DNA of 64,000 nt, from assembly GCF_009914755.1 (NCBI RefSeq), contig NC_060928.1. One strand, written 5' to 3'. The position numbers and the translations under genes are program-made. The notes beneath the pieces were generated by a model. The model saw only the letters and a list, made by a program, of their open reading frames with translations. It had not been told where the DNA came from and searched no databases. The DNA is from the human T2T-CHM13v2.0 reference genome, Homo sapiens. Positions 57,087-64,000 of the stretch are shown piece by piece (position 1 is the stretch's first letter; each line of letters begins with the position of its first letter).

Positions 57087-60000
57087 TTTAAGTGCCAATA
57101 CAAGTATCTATGATTATCTCTGGGTAATGAAATCATAGAAAAATTTTTCTGCACTTTCCTGTACTTATCATATGTACTATTCTAAACTCTGAGCATCTTT
57201 ACAAATTTGGAAAAAATAATCCTTCTTTAGAAAAATTCTACAAATAAATAAAAAAATATGTAATTACTAAAAATGAAAAAAACCCATGAATAATATGTAA
57301 TCTATTTAATAGTGAATGTTTGACTGAGAAAACAGAAGACATAATAGTTGCTTTGAAATGTTGGCATAATTACTATATAGACAAGAAAGTACTTTTTTAA
57401 ATTTCTGAATTTCTCCAGAAGGGAAACTCAGCAGCAGCATATGAAATTTGTTCCATAGATATTACTAAAAATACAATCAGGTATTTTTCAATAATCACTG
57501 CTTGCAGGAAAATTCAGGATACAAAAGATAAAATATGAAGGGGATTCATTTACTTGATGGATTGAAATCCTGCTTAAACAGATGATCAGCTTAGATATTT
57601 CTATGTATTCAAAGAAACACAACAGCATCTACTGTTAAACACATATGACTAGTGTAGAAATTAAAATCTAGTCTATTTCACTGACACAGGTACAATACTA
57701 TTAAAAAATATACCCTTTATGTTGTTTAAGGATGGCACATTAGATTTCATTAACTAAATTTACAGGTTGAAATTACAAAGTACGGCAAGGAGTACTATAC
57801 TGAAAAAGCAATGGGCTCCATCAGCCACTAGATACACCATAAAGTGCTCTCAGCAAACAATTTTTTCGTACATTTCAAACCTAAGCATTTTACTCTAATA
57901 ACATACATATAATATTACAACTGATAACAGCTATGAATAGGAAAGTCATCAGATAATGAGCAGATACTAAGGAGCAAGAGAAGGTCAAATGAAGTAAACT
58001 GCCTCCCCAGAGTTGCTGATTTCACCATCAACAGGGCTCCCACAAGATTAACTATCAATTTCTAACCTTGGAAGTTGAGAAAACAAGTTGGAAATTCTGT
58101 TGAGTTATAACACGTCACTTTATTGTAAATGTAGGAGAGTAAAACACTATTTATTGTATTAAAAACAAAAGTACCTGGAAATTTTGGTTGGCAAAGAAAG
58201 AAAGTGTATCCTTTTGGTATGGCATTCTTTATAGCAATTCATCCCAAACACATCTCTTCAGCAGAAGCCACCCACTGTTGTGTATGCGGGCACACCAGCT
58301 ATAATTAAACAACTTAATTTTACCTCTTGCTGCATAGGTTATTAAAGCTTCTCATCACACTTTAAAACAATTGAGCTGAGTAAAATTTCTTCCTTAAGAT
58401 ACTGGCAATTTCTCTTTGGTGGCATGATGGATAGAAAAACAGGGACAGAGATGGAAAGAAAAGAGAGATAATTTAAGTTCTAAGAGAAAAGTCAAGAGAA
58501 GAAAAATAAACATGCATTCCTTTAAGAATTAGGTAAGAACATAAAAAATTTGAAAATCAAAGCTATACTGTATTATCTCTTTTCAACAGTAGTAACAACT
58601 ATGATTACTGTACATTCTTATAAAATTATGATGGATTAAAACTTATTTGAAATAATGATGATGATTGATGATAATATTTTCCTCAGTCATTAAAAGAAAT
58701 AATGTAGAATACATAATCCACATCCCAAAATTCTACAAAATATATGAGAATTGGGAAGACAAAAATATGGAGGCTATGAGCTCAGAAGCTGTCATATCAT
58801 CCTTAATATATCTAATGCACTTCTTAAATTGAAATCCTATTTATTATTATTGGAAATAAATATCTCAAAATAAATGCATGCCTGCTTTTGCAAGAGTAAT
58901 ACTGTCTAATTAATAAAATGCTTGTATAAATTTATGTAATTATCAAGGTGCAAATATATATTCCCACATAAATATATGCATATTAAAAACACATTTACTG
59001 AATTATAGCAGAAGAAGAAATCACCTTTTTTTTTTTCTTCTTTAATGACTACTAATGTGGGACAATTTCTAAACCAAACATTGCATCTGGTAGTTCTGTG
59101 ATGTATCTAAAGTTAGCAGTATTGTAGGAGAATGAAATTTAAACTAATGTATCTTCTAAGGATCCTAACTAAAGAAATTTAGAGTTATACCTGCAGACCT
59201 TTCTAGAATAAACCAAACTGATGGTATGATTTATGTATGACTTCTTTTGGAGCAAATTTTTCAGTTTTATATATTGTTATCATAAACTCAAGAAAATATA
59301 ATTACTGTTCTTCACCTTTGTTCACCTTCATGACATTTAATTTATAGACCAGAATTTATTGATTGTTTGGTCAACTGAATACACTTAGGCTTCAAAAATT
59401 AAGTGTAATTTATTAAATAACAGTATAGAAAATGTTGTTTTATAATTTTAAAACCACTGTTAGTACTACCTGCTTCACCTACTCCAAATATAAGTGTTTG
59501 GATTAAGTGTTAAACTTCACTCTTAGATGCCATGTCCTGCCTGCACACTTGAAACAATGTAATTTTCATCAAATTTTGTTCCAATTATGCAGTTCTATAT
59601 CAGCAGTCTCATAGCAGCAACTGCAATCTATTATTTATGCAAATCACATAGGAATTTTGATTAAAGTAGTATATACAGAATCACTTTATAGTCTTTATAA
59701 AGGTTTATATAGACATGAGAGAAAGAAAAAATAGATTGTCTACATGACAGTTTATGCAAAGTGTATAAAATATAGTCAGCTTTGTGAAAGTGACCATTTT
59801 AACTAGTTAGCAGGTATCATTAAAACACACTTGCTATACCTGGGATTGGGGCATTTGGGATTACCACATGCATCCTAGCATTTATGCCACAACCACTTTA
59901 AATAACCCAATTGTTACTATTTGCAATGAAATTAACTGTTATAATTCTCCCTCTGATTTTTTAATACTTCTATTACAAACCATGTTGCCAATCTCAACTG

Positions 60001-60714
60001 TGAAGTGTAGAGATATGACTGCATCACCTTCCACCCATGAAATAAGGATCTCTTTATACTTTTGATAAATGAACTGTTCCCAAAATAAACTTATGTGTAT
60101 TCAATAAAAAAAAAACTATGGAGATTGCTTTTTTTCCCCTATTCATGCATTCTTAGCTCAAAACCAGATGTCAGCAATATTAAGATGTAGATAAAGGGGA
60201 ATACTAAACCATTTGGCCTATATTTAAAGATATTTAATAGTAATTTTTTCTCTCCACTTAAGCATTCTTTTGTCATTTTTATGTTTCTTTTATTTGGTTT
60301 TTTAAAAAGTAAATATTATAAAATAATAATCATGTTCTTTTGATATTTGTATTGATGCATACACAATTAAAACCTGATTATTCCTAATGTGTGAATAAAT
60401 TATAAAATATTTAATTAGATGAAGTCATGACTTGACACTCCAAAATTCTTTTCAGCTATTAATGAATTTCTGTATTTTGTGTTTACTGTTATAATGTGAA
60501 AATATTACTTACTGATTTTTTTAGTAAGGCTTATGAGTAGTATTACTACAGTAATATAAGGTCATGAAAAATTGTATGTATTAGAAATCCAATGTTAAAG
60601 AAGCAAACCACTTCCATTTTGTATAATAGCTTCTACATAAACTTTCTAGGGATTTTTTTAGTAAATAAGCAAACATCTTACCTATATACATATTTTAAGT
60701 TACATTATTTAATT

Positions 60715-61225
60715 GTGGTAGAGACTTTTGGATGCCATTACAGCAGACTTTCCCAAATATCTTCTTTTCTGTTAAAGTGCTAAAAATAGCAAGTATTAAT
60801 ACTCCTTGAAACCAAGGCAAAGAATGTATGACCCAATATTTGTCACTGAAACCTGAGATGAGACTGCTTAGGAGATCACAGAAAAGATATTTCTATCTGA
60901 TTAAAAAAAAAAAAAAGACAGAAAAGAAAGGTAAAGCAATGAGGAACCGTCCTCCCTGCATTTGGATGTGGCTTTCTGGGAATGTAATGCCTTGGAGCTA
61001 CAACAGCCAATTACGACCTTGTAGAAAAAACTATGAATGACAATCTTGCTGAAGATGTGGAGTAAAAATAAAGAAAAAGAGTGTAGCCCTTGAAAAATTC
61101 CCTGAGAAATGAAATAACCAATCCTGTCACAGCTCTACACATATGAGATAAAAAATATTCTTATAGTTCAAACCACTTTTAGCTGCATTGCCTAATACTT
61201 GCAGCTGGAAATATTCTAAATGATA
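60715..61225 (+). mobile_element. Old MLT1 LTR (K-like)
   Basis: 'gtaatgccttggagctacaacagcca', 'atagttcaaaccact...tacttgcagctggaa'. Confidence 0.6.
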
Positions 61226-61289
61226 CACTACTATTTAAGGCAAGGACTGTTTCCCTGTAAAATTTCTAAAATAATATATTCTAACATTT

Positions 61290-62165
61290 CTGTAGCAGAA
61301 ACTGCTTGTTTTCATTTAATACCCATTCTTTCCTTGTGATAGTTATAGAACCTCTAGTTTTAGATGTACACACAGCTATAAGATTTGGCTTCCTGATCCC
61401 TTTGTAACTATGTGAACGCATATCACTAAATCCTAGCAAAACAGGTATGAGTGAAATTGTTGTATACAACTTCCTAGGTTGAGCCCTGCAAAGTAATCCT
61501 GCCCTTCCTCCTTTCCTCCCCTTCCCAATGGCTGGAATATAGATGTCGTGGCACAAGGAGGGTGGCTATCATAAACCACTGGATAGAAACTCTCTGGATA
61601 CAAGGGTGAAACAAAACAACAAAGAAAAAACTTGTATCCTCCTGTATTAGTCTGTTCTCACACTGCTACGAAGAAATAGCCGAGACTGAATAATTTATAA
61701 AGAAAAGAGGTTTAATTGACTCACGTTCCACACATAGCTGGGGAGGCCTCAGGAAACTTACAAGCATGGCGGAAGGCACCTTTTCACAGGGCAGCAGGAG
61801 AGAGAATGAGTGCCACCAGGGGAAATGCTAGACACTTATAAAACCATCAGATCTCATGAGCACTCATCCACTATCATGAGAACACCGTGGGGGGACCACC
61901 CCATGATCTAATCACCTTCCACAAGGTCCCTCACCCAACATGTGGGGATTACAATTCGGATTACTATTCAAGATGAGATTTGGATGGAGACACAGAGCCA
62001 GACCATGTCACCCCCACACTGTGCCATTATCAGAACTCTCTTTGGTTAATTAGGCTTGAGTTGTTACATGAGAAAAAAATCATCTTCTAACCTTTTAAAG
62101 TCACTGTTTTTTTTCGGGGTGGGGGGCGACGGGTCTTTGTTATAGGAACAGCCTTTGTCCTAATG
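61290..62165 (+). mobile_element. Old MLT1 LTR (J-like), split by THE1D
   Basis: 'cccttcccaatggctggaatatagatgt', 'ttacatgagaaaaaaatcatcttct...aagtcactgt'. Confidence 0.6.
61643..62010 (-). mobile_element. THE1D solo LTR
   Basis: tgtattagtc...agccagaccatgtca with 5-bp TSD cctcc / ccccc. Confidence 0.9.
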
Positions 62166-62174
62166 AAAATCATA

Positions 62175-62470
62175 TTTATTTATTTATTAGAAATCGGGTC
62201 TTGCTCTGTCACCCCATACTTGAGTGTAGTGTTACTACCACAGTTCACTGCACCTTTCGACTCCTGGGATCAAGCAATCCTCCTCCCTCAGCCTCCTAGG
62301 TAGCTATGTCTATGGGTGTTGGGGGTCGTGCACAGTACCATCACCAGCTATTTTTTTTTTTGGTAGAGAAGGTGTCTTTCTATGTTGCCCAAGCTGGCCT
62401 TGAACTCCTGGCTTCCCACCACCGTGCCCCAATGGGCTGGGATTACAGGCATGAACACTCCATGCCTGAC
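62175..62470 (-). mobile_element. AluJ
   Basis: J diagnostics (cacagttcactgca, tcaagcaatcctcct, tatgttgccc); (TTTA)n tail. Confidence 0.85.
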
Positions 62471-62482
62471 TGAAAAAAAAAA

Positions 62483-63228
<746 letters not shown>

Positions 63229-63395
63229 CCAAAATAATTTTTAAATAGGAAAACTGCTTAGGTTTTTATTTTGAGTTTAAATTTGTTGAAATAGTTTAGA
63301 AAATAATCTTGATTTTTCAATTTAGTTAATGTAACTACCTGTACATTCCTATTACATTCCTATAATTTTAGATTTTTTAAAGAAGTATGTTTATG

Positions 63396-63767
<372 letters not shown>

Positions 63768-64000
63768 TTATTCTTATTAAATGACAGCTGATTCAAAATA
63801 TATAAGAATTACATAAAAAAATAAAACTATTATGTTGTTTAAAAAGTTCATCAGCAAGAATGACTTGTGGCACTTTTCTCAACAAATATATGTTTGCTTT
63901 GGTAGCTAATGAGTCTTGAGGAAAACTAAATATTTACAGTGAAATATGAGCTATTCAGTTCAAATGAAATATTATATCAACTGAACACAATAAAACTCCA

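Overview
This is AT-rich, CpG-poor primate genomic DNA, most likely human or great ape given AluY and L1PA4-type elements, and it looks like a large intron or intergenic region. It is dominated by transposon remnants: L1PA and L1M LINEs, L2, MIR, about eight Alus, MaLR/ERV LTRs (including a complete THE1C LTR-internal-LTR element), hAT/TcMar DNA-transposon fossils and microsatellites. I cannot support any intact host protein-coding gene, RNA gene or CRISPR array; the long ORFs are broken L1 ORF2 fragments or translated repeats. I did not find a convincing new biological system. The most interesting directly visible items are small retrotransposition footprints: a 116-nt polyadenylated retrocopy of an unrecognised RNA with a perfect 17-bp TSD, a TSD-flanked MER51 LTR fragment, an almost body-less poly(A) insertion and a twin-primed L1. 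Also notable are a ~460-bp palindromic AT-rich tract and a few unverified candidate exons. Subfamily names come from recalled consensus sequences, and boundaries of old repeats are approximate; confirm with RepeatMasker/Dfam.
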